56,292 bases of DNA, from positions 1 to 56,292 of the forward strand of contig JAFSID010000013.1 in the NCBI GenBank assembly GCA_017439965.1, read 5' to 3'. Position numbers and translations under genes: made by a program. The notes below the pieces were generated by a model that was given only the letters and a program-made list of their open reading frames with translations, made no database searches and was not told the DNA's origin. The stretch's first letter is position 1, and each line of letters opens with the position of its first letter. This DNA comes from Clostridia bacterium. Lineage in GTDB: Bacteria; Bacillota; Clostridia; Oscillospirales; SIG627. This document shows, piece by piece, positions 48,626-56,292 of the stretch.

Positions 48626-48732
48626 AAAATGAACGGGCGGTGTATCCCGTACACCGCCCGTTCAAAAGAGAGAAAGGAAAACTGTGAAAAACAACTAACA
48701 CACATCTTTGGGAACACCACATCCCTCCGACA
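48626..48732 (-). ncRNA. Candidate ~105-nt small RNA
   Basis: Own -10 (TAAAAT, 48738-48743), CU-rich tract UUUUCCUUUCUCUC, 15-bp terminator stem (48630-48664) plus UUUU; no credible ORF. Confidence 0.5.
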
Positions 48733-48778
48733 CTTATATTTTATCACGCGATGTGTCCCAAAAACAGTACAGCCAAAC

Positions 48779-48813
48779 AAAAAATGCACTCCGAATTTCT
48801 TCGGAGTGCATAA
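48779..48813 (-). terminator. Terminator of TasA-like copy 2
   Basis: TGCACTCCGAA-GAAA-TTCGGAGTGCA plus T6; identical 35-mer at 51020-51054. Confidence 0.85.
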
Positions 48814-48820
48814 AACGTGT

Positions 48821-50896
48821 TTAAAGTGTAACGGTTACACCGTCTACGGTAACGGTAGTATTGGGATCACGTGCGATAAGTTCAGCGAAATTAAAGTGGG
48901 CAAGAATATTTGCAGCAGTCAAAGGCGCACCGTCAACCGTACAGTTGTTAAACGCTATATTAACAGTCTTGTTAGCCCAGTTTGCAGATTTGAAAGCAAT
49001 ATCAGCATTGAACTCACAGCCGGTAAAGGTATTTGTAGCTCCTGCTATATAAAATCCAATTGCATCGCTGTTCCAGGTGTTCTCAAATACAACGGTATCA
49101 AAGGTTGATGCCTTAACCGTAGAAATGGAAACGCCCGTGCTGTCCAAGGTCGTATTGCTTACGTTTACGTAGCCTCTGGTCGTGCTGTTACTCGGACCGA
49201 ACGAAACAGCGTTACCCTTAACCTTGATAGTAGAATCAGTGAGGTTCATAGTTCCGTTCATATTTCTAAATACAAGACCCGAGCTGGCGCCCCAAAGAGT
49301 AGTGGTATCCGTAATGGTAAGGTTAGAAACGTTTGTCACGGATGCGGTAGTATCAGAGCCGCTTGCAATCAACAGCAAGCCCTGACTTACATTAGCACCC
49401 TCAACGGTAGTGTCCTTGATGGTGGTGTCAGAACCGGAAACGGTAAGACCGTAGGAAGCGCCTGCGCTCTGATACTTAACGCCCTCGATGGTGGTATTGT
49501 TACCATTGATGGTCGTAGTGCCTACGGACTGGATGGTCATATCCTTTACCGTCAAAGCATCGGCAGTAACGGTAGCGCCGTTGGAAGCAACGGTAGTACT
49601 GTCAACGCCGTTACCAACAAGCGCGATGTTAGAAGAGCCGTTCAATGCATCGGCAATGTTGTTTACGGATACCGTATTTCCTGCGGTAGAGTTAATAGCT
49701 ACGCTATCACCTGCATTTACGTTGCCAAGAGTCTCGTTGAGCTCCTTTTCAGCCTCAGAAAGCTCGGTGTAAACAACGGTAATATTGCTCTTCTTTGCCT
49801 GAGAGAAGGGCGTAAAGTAATTAGTGCTGAAGGTTACAACGCCGGTAGCGATATCATAGGTTGCCCAAGTATTAGTGGGCATCATACCGTCCTTATATAC
49901 CTTTACGTCATTTCTGCCTGCACCAATAGGAAGCTCAACCTTTATGTTACCGTAATTATACAATTTGTGAGTGCCGTCTACAAAAGGATTGATGTAGTCA
50001 GCAACGCCGTCTACGTAAATCTCATAGCCGTTTGCCACCTGCATTTCAGTAAGAGCACCGCCGTAACCGTTTGCGGCGTTCTTTACGGTAAGCTTAAGAT
50101 TTGCAAGGCTCGCAGATGAAAGCTGTGCACCTGCGGGAACTGTAACCTTAACAGTGCCGTAAGGCATATCGGCAGTCATAACAACCTCTTCGCCAAGTTT
50201 TCCGTTGTTGTTAACGATAGCAGCGCTCTCGTTTACTGCTAAAAATTCAGAGTTTACGTCATACTGATCGTCAAAGCTATCCTTTTCGCTGGTAAGCTGA
50301 GTTGCGAGGAGCTGAACGGTAAAGTCAGAGCCGATTGCCTTGTCCTGATACTCGTTGCCTGCGTTCTCACGCATCTTGAGAGCAAGAGTAACCGTATCTG
50401 TTTCCTTTTCCAAAAGCTCACCGCTTGCGTTACTCGGCATACCTGCGAGAATCTGAGTGAGTGTACCTACGGGCTCAATGCTGTTAAGCGCGGTGCGGTC
50501 TGCAACCTGAACGGCGGGATCCACGAAATAAACGTCAATCACGTCCGCAAGATCGGAAACGTCGCCGTTTGCAAAGATGTTAAGCTGATACTTGAATGCG
50601 AGCGTACCTACGTTGCTGATCTTAATGTGACGAACCTCAACGTAACCAGGCTCCCACTTATCGTTGTTGAAGATTTTGCCCGTTGATGCATCATTCCATA
50701 CAGTACCCTGTGCCTCGGGATCTGCTTTGCCCTCAGCCCAGTGCATTTCTACGTCAAGAGTACCCGACTTGATGATGTTTCCCGTGCTTGTAACACTGTC
50801 GGTAAACCACGCAAAAGTAGTGCCGATAAGCATTGACGCACAGAGAAGAAGTGAAAGCGCGCTCATAATGAGTGAATGTCTTGTGCTTCTTTTCAT
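48821..50896 (-). CDS. SipW-type signal peptide protein, TasA/CalY-like N-domain plus T/N/S-rich beta-helix passenger (copy 2, 691 aa)
   Basis: Start ATG 50896 after AAAGGAG; TTFAWFTD, WEPG, NVGTLAFKY, AGNEYQ and LLATQ. Confidence 0.82.
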   Translation of the reverse strand: MKRSTRHSLIMSALSLLLCASMLIGTTFAWFTDSVTSTGNIIKSGTLDVEMHWAEGKADPEAQGTVWNDASTGKIFNNDKWEPGYVEVRHIKISNVGTLAFKYQLNIFANGDVSDLADVIDVYFVDPAVQVADRTALNSIEPVGTLTQILAGMPSNASGELLEKETDTVTLALKMRENAGNEYQDKAIGSDFTVQLLATQLTSEKDSFDDQYDVNSEFLAVNESAAIVNNNGKLGEEVVMTADMPYGTVKVTVPAGAQLSSASLANLKLTVKNAANGYGGALTEMQVANGYEIYVDGVADYINPFVDGTHKLYNYGNIKVELPIGAGRNDVKVYKDGMMPTNTWATYDIATGVVTFSTNYFTPFSQAKKSNITVVYTELSEAEKELNETLGNVNAGDSVAINSTAGNTVSVNNIADALNGSSNIALVGNGVDSTTVASNGATVTADALTVKDMTIQSVGTTTINGNNTTIEGVKYQSAGASYGLTVSGSDTTIKDTTVEGANVSQGLLLIASGSDTTASVTNVSNLTITDTTTLWGASSGLVFRNMNGTMNLTDSTIKVKGNAVSFGPSNSTTRGYVNVSNTTLDSTGVSISTVKASTFDTVVFENTWNSDAIGFYIAGATNTFTGCEFNADIAFKSANWANKTVNIAFNNCTVDGAPLTAANILAHFNFAELIARDPNTTVTVDGVTVTL

Positions 50897-50983
50897 TGTT
50901 TTTCTCCTTTTAGAATAAATATTATTGAAAAACGGATACCCACATACCGTAATTTCCAAAACGGGAAGCTGTCGCCATTTACC

Positions 50984-51008
50984 ATTATATATATATATAT
51001 ATTGTCAA
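50984..51008 (-). promoter_or_regulatory. Promoter with (AT)n spacer, candidate phase-variable switch
   Basis: TTGACA (51008-51003), then 13 nt of pure AT repeat, then TATAAT (50989-50984). Confidence 0.7.
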
Positions 51009-51019
51009 GGCTTTTTTTA

Positions 51020-51054
51020 AAAAAATGCACTCCGAATTTCTTCGGAGTGCATAA
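51020..51054 (-). terminator. Terminator of TasA-like copy 3
   Basis: Identical to 48779-48813. Confidence 0.85.
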
Positions 51055-51057
51055 GAC

Positions 51058-53907
51058 TTAATAGCCTATTACGTTTTCTGCGGTGAGACCCGTGTTATTT
51101 GCAATAACCTCTGCTTCAAAGTCAGCAGGCATATCACTTATAACGTAGCCGATAGCCTCATCGTTAATGTTAGTGAAGGTACAGCCCTTTATAGTAGTTG
51201 TGCTTCCGTTCTTGTTCTTGATTCCGCAAAGTGCGTTGTTGTAGTTATCAAAGGTACAGTTCTCAACGGTGAGATTACCGTTAAGATTCTTGTAGATACC
51301 CCAGTTCTTATCGGTAGCTGTGCCCTTAAAGCTACAGTTTCTGACTACGATATCACCGTCGCCGTCGTGGTCGTTGTTATTAACCGGACCTGCAATTGCA
51401 TAACCCTTTAGATTTGTTTCAAAGGAGATATTTTCAATAACCGCATCTCCAATACAGCTAAAGATATCATCGTAGGTTGAAATCTGCTGAATAAGAACCG
51501 TCTTACCTGCCTCACCCTTAATGGTTACGCCGTCGGGAATGGTAAAGGTTCCGCTCGTAACGTAGGTCTGCTCGGGAAGAATAAGCACGTCACCCTTCTG
51601 GAGAGTGGGAAGGTACTCGTAAAGACCGCCGTACTTGGTGGGATTGTAGGTGGTTTTATGATAGTTGTCAAAGCCGTTAACTACAACGGGTGTCTCCCAG
51701 GTTTCATCGCCCCAGGTTGCAACGGTGTAGATACCGCCGCCCTGAAGTCCGCTCGCACTGGTAAGAGTATTACCGCTTGCAACGTTGGTGCCCTCAAACT
51801 CAAGGTCTATGGTAGTCGAGCTGCCGATTGTAAGTGCCATACCGTAGAATGCGGAAGCGCCTGCATAGTCTGCAACGGTGGTTGCGGTAATCTCCGTATC
51901 GGTTACAGAGCAGTCAATAAACTTGATGGTAGCGTTGCTCTCGCTGTTTCTACCGACGAGACCGCCTACGTTACATCCGCCCGTGATAGAGGAGTTGGTT
52001 ACGTTAACCTTTTCAACAGTAAGGTCACCGTAAGCCTCGCCCCATACTGCGCCGTTGTGATGTGAGCCACCGTTCAAGGTGAGATTGTCAAGGGTAAGGT
52101 TCTTTACAACCGAAGCAACGGCTCCGTTGGTACCTCTCGTTGCACCCGTGAAGAGACCTGTTCCGTTAATGGTAAGGTTGGAAATTGTATGTCCGTTACC
52201 GTTGAAGGTAATACCGCTGACGTTAGAGGAGTCGGGAGTGATATGCTTAGTTGTCCAGATATAGCCCGTAGCGTCGATGTCTGCCATTACGTTATAGGTC
52301 TTGCCCCAGAATGAACCGCTGCTGTAATTTGCGATAATCCAGTTGTTGAGAGCTATAAGAGCCTCTGCGTTATAAACGTAGTAGTTGCCGTTTGCATCCT
52401 TATAAAGACCGTTTGAAACCTCGGTGTCAACAACGGTTATAAGCGTATCCTTGCCGTCGGCGTAATTGAATTTTTCACCGTAAATGTTCTGACCTGCCGC
52501 AACTGTGGGATTGATAATGAACGCGGTAATCATATTTACGATTGAATCACCGCCGTCACGACCTACCGCACCTGCGATACCGCCAGCCAACGTGTGACTT
52601 GCACTGCCAACAAGCTCTTTAACCTCACCGTTATTGGTACAGTCGGAAACGGTTACGGTAAGGTTGGTATTATTGTCGTCACCTGCGATAAGACCGATGA
52701 TACCGCCTGCGATAATGTCTGCGGTAACGTCGCCGTTATTGGTACAGTTATCAACGACGGTCAAACGGTTAGCCTGACCGATAAAGCCACCTACCTGATG
52801 AGTGCCCGTAACGTTTGCGTAGTTCACGCTGTCAACGATAAGAGTATCGTAGGAGCGGTCAGCACCGATAAAGCCGCCCGTGTAATGTCCGCCACCCTTA
52901 ACGTTACCCGTTACGGTTACGTTGGAAATAACGGTCTGGTCTGCATCCGCAACCTTATCTACCTGACCTGCAATCGCACCCGTGCGAGCATCGGTTGACT
53001 GGATGTCAACGTTTTCAAGAGTAAGGTTCTTGATGGTTGCACCGCTGATTTTGGTGAAGAGACCGTTTGCGCCCTTGAGGTTCTGGATAGCGTAGCCGTT
53101 ACCGTCAAGAGTTCCGCTGTAATTTGCAATGGGAGTCCAGGTCTCGCCTGCAAGGTCAATATTCTTGGTAAGCTTAACGTTCTGATTGTTGTTAAGAGCC
53201 TTGATAAGCTCGCCTAAGGTTGAAATCTCCTCGGGGAATGCAGCATTCTCGTCGTACGTCTCGTCAAAGCTGTCATCCTCGTAAGTAAGCTGAGTTGCGA
53301 GGAGCTGAATATCAAATTCGCCAAGCTTCTTGTCCTGATATTCGTTGCCTGCACTCTCCTGCATCTTAAGAGCAAGACCGAGATAAATCTTATCTCCCGC
53401 CTCGCCCATAGGCATAAGCTCGCCCTTGGTAGTCGTCTCAATAGTGTTTATAAAGCTTGTGAGGTTGCCAACGTACTGATAACCGTCTGCCTCAAGGTCA
53501 CGGGTGTCGGGCATAGCAAGTGCGTTGGTATCCTTCTTAACCCAAACGTCAATTACGTCGGAAAGTATGGAAAGCTTCTCGCTTGATACGAACTTAGCGT
53601 ACCACTTGAGTGCAAGCGTGCCCTCGTTTTCAATCTTGAGGAGCTTTACCTCGGTATAGCCGGGCTCCCACTTTTCGTAATTGAAAATAGGTGCCTTGCT
53701 TTCCTTGATGCTTGCGTATTTGTCAGCTGTGGTATTGTCCTTGTCATACATTTCAAGGTCGAGTACCAGAGTACCTGACTGAATCTTGTTTCCCGTGCTG
53801 GTAACGCTGTCGGTAAACCACGCAAACGTAGTGCCGATGAGCATCGATGCACAGAGAAGAAGGGAAAGTGCGCTCATAATGAGTGAATGTCTTGTGCTTC
53901 TTTTCAT
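51058..53907 (-). CDS. SipW-type signal peptide protein, TasA/CalY-like N-domain plus GLUG-like repeats and beta-helix (copy 3, 949 aa)
   Basis: TTFAWFTD, WEPG and AGNEYQ; two (L/F)xGNGxxIxNL modules; repeated GGFIG/GGIAG/GGLVG; NCTF/NCSF repeats. Confidence 0.82.
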   Translation of the reverse strand: MKRSTRHSLIMSALSLLLCASMLIGTTFAWFTDSVTSTGNKIQSGTLVLDLEMYDKDNTTADKYASIKESKAPIFNYEKWEPGYTEVKLLKIENEGTLALKWYAKFVSSEKLSILSDVIDVWVKKDTNALAMPDTRDLEADGYQYVGNLTSFINTIETTTKGELMPMGEAGDKIYLGLALKMQESAGNEYQDKKLGEFDIQLLATQLTYEDDSFDETYDENAAFPEEISTLGELIKALNNNQNVKLTKNIDLAGETWTPIANYSGTLDGNGYAIQNLKGANGLFTKISGATIKNLTLENVDIQSTDARTGAIAGQVDKVADADQTVISNVTVTGNVKGGGHYTGGFIGADRSYDTLIVDSVNYANVTGTHQVGGFIGQANRLTVVDNCTNNGDVTADIIAGGIIGLIAGDDNNTNLTVTVSDCTNNGEVKELVGSASHTLAGGIAGAVGRDGGDSIVNMITAFIINPTVAAGQNIYGEKFNYADGKDTLITVVDTEVSNGLYKDANGNYYVYNAEALIALNNWIIANYSSGSFWGKTYNVMADIDATGYIWTTKHITPDSSNVSGITFNGNGHTISNLTINGTGLFTGATRGTNGAVASVVKNLTLDNLTLNGGSHHNGAVWGEAYGDLTVEKVNVTNSSITGGCNVGGLVGRNSESNATIKFIDCSVTDTEITATTVADYAGASAFYGMALTIGSSTTIDLEFEGTNVASGNTLTSASGLQGGGIYTVATWGDETWETPVVVNGFDNYHKTTYNPTKYGGLYEYLPTLQKGDVLILPEQTYVTSGTFTIPDGVTIKGEAGKTVLIQQISTYDDIFSCIGDAVIENISFETNLKGYAIAGPVNNNDHDGDGDIVVRNCSFKGTATDKNWGIYKNLNGNLTVENCTFDNYNNALCGIKNKNGSTTTIKGCTFTNINDEAIGYVISDMPADFEAEVIANNTGLTAENVIGY

Positions 53908-53966
53908 TGTCTTTTCTCCTTGTTGTTTTTATCCCCGTGTTCTACGGAGATTGTTTGACATTTCAG

Positions 53967-53995
53967 ATTATATATCCAAGCCCTCGTTTTGTCAA
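53967..53995 (-). promoter_or_regulatory. Perfect SigA promoter of TasA-like copy 3
   Basis: TTGACA-N17-TATAAT. Confidence 0.8.
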
Positions 53996-54026
53996 TCCAA
54001 TTCATTTAAAAGGCTTGTTTTTTCGG

Positions 54027-54182
54027 TCAATTTACAATTTTTAACCGTTCAACCGAAGCTCTCCTTGCCACCGTCTCACCGTCAAGCATCACGAAGAAGC
54101 CTGAGCCCATAGCGTAACGCTCACCCGTCTTATCGTAAGCAACCGAACATTTAAGTCCTCTTACAGTTTTTTCAAGGACCTG
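54027..54182 (-). pseudogene. Start-less 3' gene remnant, 51 codons
   Basis: QVLEKTVRGLKCSVAYDKTGERYAMGSGFFVMLDGETVARRASVERLKIVN has host-like codons and no start or SD; resembles a glycoside-hydrolase C-terminal tail. Confidence 0.4.
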
Positions 54183-54196
54183 CTTTTTTCGAATTA

Positions 54197-55039
54197 TTAT
54201 CCGATGCGTGAATAAAAATCGTCAATCAGCAAAAGCTGATTTTTCGGAATTTTGGACAGACAAAAATCCGAAATGTGCTCGGGCACCTCGCCGTAAAATG
54301 CCTCTGCAATAGCACCCGACATATCCGCAATGGTGTCCGAGTCGCTTCCGTAGGAGATTGCATTTCTGACGGCGCTCTCATAATCGTAGCTTTCAAGAAA
54401 CGCTACCACCGCCATTGGCACCGTGTCCTGACATATCTCACTCCACTCGCAAGAGTCTCTCAGCTCCTTAACGCTCTTGTTAAGCAGGGTGTAGCCGAAT
54501 GCCCTGAGCAAATAATCCTTTATATACTCCTTGCTGTTTCCCTTACGCGCCAGAAAGATTGCCGCCGCAATGCACATTGCACCCTTCTGACCCTCGGGAT
54601 GATTGTGTGTAACGTCTGCCGAAAGCTTGGCAAAGCGCATCGTTTCCTCCATAGTGTCAAAAAACCATCCCACGGGACTGACTCTCATTCCCGCGCCGTT
54701 TCCACAGCTATTGTAGGGCTCATATTCACCGATAAGGTCCGCCTTTGCACACCAATGAAAATACCTTGTACCGAAGCCAAGCATACCCTCACCCTCCTCG
54801 AAGGTGTGTACCGAGTATTTTACAAACTGCTTTGCAAGGGATATTTTCAAAGCCTCATCGTCAAAATAGTCCTTTTCAATATCGTGCAAAAGCCAATCGG
54901 CAACCGCAAAGGTCAGCACCGAATCGTCCGTAAAATTATCGGTGTCAAGGCAAAGTCTTATTCCCTCGGCGTCCTCAAACTTCGTTTCCTGAAACTCATA
55001 GGTCGAGCCTAAAACATCTCCGCATATCGCTCCAAGCAT
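54197..55039 (-). CDS. ADP-ribosylglycohydrolase (DraG/ARH family)
   Basis: MLGAICGDVLGS.YE, FTDDS, GNGAGMRVSP, THNHPEG and DSDT motifs. ATG 55039 after GGGAGG. Confidence 0.92.
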   Translation of the reverse strand: MLGAICGDVLGSTYEFQETKFEDAEGIRLCLDTDNFTDDSVLTFAVADWLLHDIEKDYFDDEALKISLAKQFVKYSVHTFEEGEGMLGFGTRYFHWCAKADLIGEYEPYNSCGNGAGMRVSPVGWFFDTMEETMRFAKLSADVTHNHPEGQKGAMCIAAAIFLARKGNSKEYIKDYLLRAFGYTLLNKSVKELRDSCEWSEICQDTVPMAVVAFLESYDYESAVRNAISYGSDSDTIADMSGAIAEAFYGEVPEHISDFCLSKIPKNQLLLIDDFYSRIG

Positions 55040-55124
55040 ACTCAATTCCTCCCGTCATTCAATAGATTTGTGTTATCAAAATCAAGCCAAGTACCGTAAA
55101 AATCATCTCATATTCACCTACCGC

Positions 55125-56087
55125 TTATTCAACAATATAATGCTGATACTGTTTCTTAACCTGATTTTTTATTCTTTTCGAGCATTTTTTACAATTGATA
55201 ACCGTGCTTTGCCCAAAGGCTCCTCCGCCAAGAGTTTTGAGACCCGAAGGCAATACAATCTCCTTTAACATAGGACAAAAACTAAACGCATCAATTCCTA
55301 TAAGCCTCAGCCCTTCTCCAAGAAACTCTACCTCGGATAAGGCACTATATTCACCGAAACTAAACAGCCCCCGTATATTCACCATAGAATGCGGGAAGGT
55401 AATCCTTTCAATCCTTTTATTATTTCCAAAGGCACCCCCGACAATCTCTTTTATTCCCTCGGGAATAATTACGTGACGCTTCCGTCCTCTGTATTCAATG
55501 AGCTGATTGTTAAATACTATAAAGTCTCCCTTTAGAGAATCGCTCCATTTTGACCCAACAAACGCATTATTCGTAAATTCAGTACGCGTACCGGATATCG
55601 AAACACTTTCGAGATTTACACAATCTCCAAATGCTTTTGAGCCTACGTATTTTAAGCTTTTCGGAAGCTCCAACGATTTTAAGCTGTCCTTGTGAATCAA
55701 GACGGATTCCTCTATCTGCTCGACACCCTCGTCAAATTTCAGATTCTCAATGCTCTCACAAAGCGAAAAGCAAAATCTTTCAATGATTTTAAATTCTCCG
55801 CTTATGACAACATTCTTTTTAACGGTAAGATACTTTTTCAAAACAGCTTTGCCGTCAAATGACTCCCCAAAAAAAGCAACGTCCTCGGACTTTAGAAAAT
55901 AATTACCGATTATCCTTTCCCGTAGCAAAAGACCTGTCTTTACGTCAGCTAAACGCTTCTCGTTCGAGGCTTTTATATCTTCAATCTCAGCGGTCACGTC
56001 CCGATACAAGCGTGATGACAAATATTTTACGTACTCTAACATTGAAGCGTTATCCTCCAATATCACACAGCCGTTATTTGATATCAC
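55125..56087 (-). CDS. BspA-type leucine-rich-repeat protein with no evident signal peptide
   Basis: LELPKSLKYVGSKAF.DC, IIPEGIKEI..AF, IGIDAF..C and LPSGLKTLG..AF repeats. Start uncertain (GTG 56087 or ATG 56043, both with SD). Confidence 0.8.
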   Translation of the reverse strand: MISNNGCVILEDNASMLEYVKYLSSRLYRDVTAEIEDIKASNEKRLADVKTGLLLRERIIGNYFLKSEDVAFFGESFDGKAVLKKYLTVKKNVVISGEFKIIERFCFSLCESIENLKFDEGVEQIEESVLIHKDSLKSLELPKSLKYVGSKAFGDCVNLESVSISGTRTEFTNNAFVGSKWSDSLKGDFIVFNNQLIEYRGRKRHVIIPEGIKEIVGGAFGNNKRIERITFPHSMVNIRGLFSFGEYSALSEVEFLGEGLRLIGIDAFSFCPMLKEIVLPSGLKTLGGGAFGQSTVINCKKCSKRIKNQVKKQYQHYIVE

Positions 56088-56110
56088 CTTTATCACCTCC
56101 TGTTATAAAT

Positions 56111-56145
56111 ATTATACCTAACAGTATGTCCCAAAAGTAGTACAG
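56111..56145 (-). promoter_or_regulatory. Promoter with conserved upstream motif and no canonical -35
   Basis: CTGTACTACTTTTGGGACA-N10-TATAAT; 17/19 match with the same spacing at 48738-48772. Confidence 0.6.
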
Positions 56146-56292
56146 TAAAAAGGAGATGTAAAAAAAGTCCAGACCGCCAAAAACAAGAAAGCATAAGCAA
56201 ATGAGACTGTTTATCAAAACAAATACAGATAAGATAAATATTAAGGTAAAAACTCAAAAATGAGTTTTCTCGAATAAATCATATGTTTTTGG

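Noticed and set aside
48607-48789. 60-aa minus-strand ORF and overlapping 48629-49108 plus-strand ORF
   Set aside because: They start within terminator hairpins and cross promoter and terminator elements; the sRNA interpretation fits better.
50897-50983. c-di-GMP riboswitch upstream of the adhesin genes
   Set aside because: No GEMM-like GGAAA/GCAAA two-hairpin pattern or leader terminator is recognisable in any of the three short leaders. An Rfam scan would settle it.
48821-53907. Diversity-generating retroelement or invertible shufflon acting on the TasA-like genes
   Set aside because: No reverse transcriptase, recombinase, TR/VR pair or inverted cassette in the window. All copies are complete, co-oriented and have their own promoters.

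Overview
About 56 kb of chromosome from a Clostridia-like Firmicute, judged from gene order, SigA promoters and strong SD sites. It holds about 55 CDS. I saw no rRNA, tRNA, CRISPR array, transposase or integrase. Core blocks are fba / ruvCAB-rnj-darA-holB-ricT, ferredoxin-lepA-hemW, cysteine desulfurase-thiI-pth-ABC, corC-like, ddl-S41 protease and dusB. Accessory blocks are two AraC-linked catabolic clusters (one with a frameshifted oxidoreductase), two ECF sigma/anti-sigma pairs (one followed by MBOAT + DHHW O-acylation genes) and an island of small genes at 42.5-48.8 kb. The main observations not shown by the ORF track are these. (1) Three SipW-type TasA/CalY-like surface proteins share an almost identical N-terminus but have different C-terminal passengers; one has a perfect TTGACA/TATAAT promoter whose spacer is a pure (AT)n tract of only 13 bp, a candidate phase-variation switch. 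(2) An acidic leader ORF with an embedded terminator lies upstream of a CorC/CNNM Mg2+ exporter, a candidate translation-coupled Mg2+ attenuator. (3) A duplicated XRE regulator + ~35-aa basic micro-protein module comes with a shared non-canonical promoter architecture. (4) A 19-bp motif sits exactly 10 bp upstream of the -10 box at both a candidate sRNA and an LRR/ADP-ribosylhydrolase pair. (5) Highly structured repeat elements occur at 11-196 and 38.8-39.1 kb. All functional calls come from motif recognition by eye; no searches were run.
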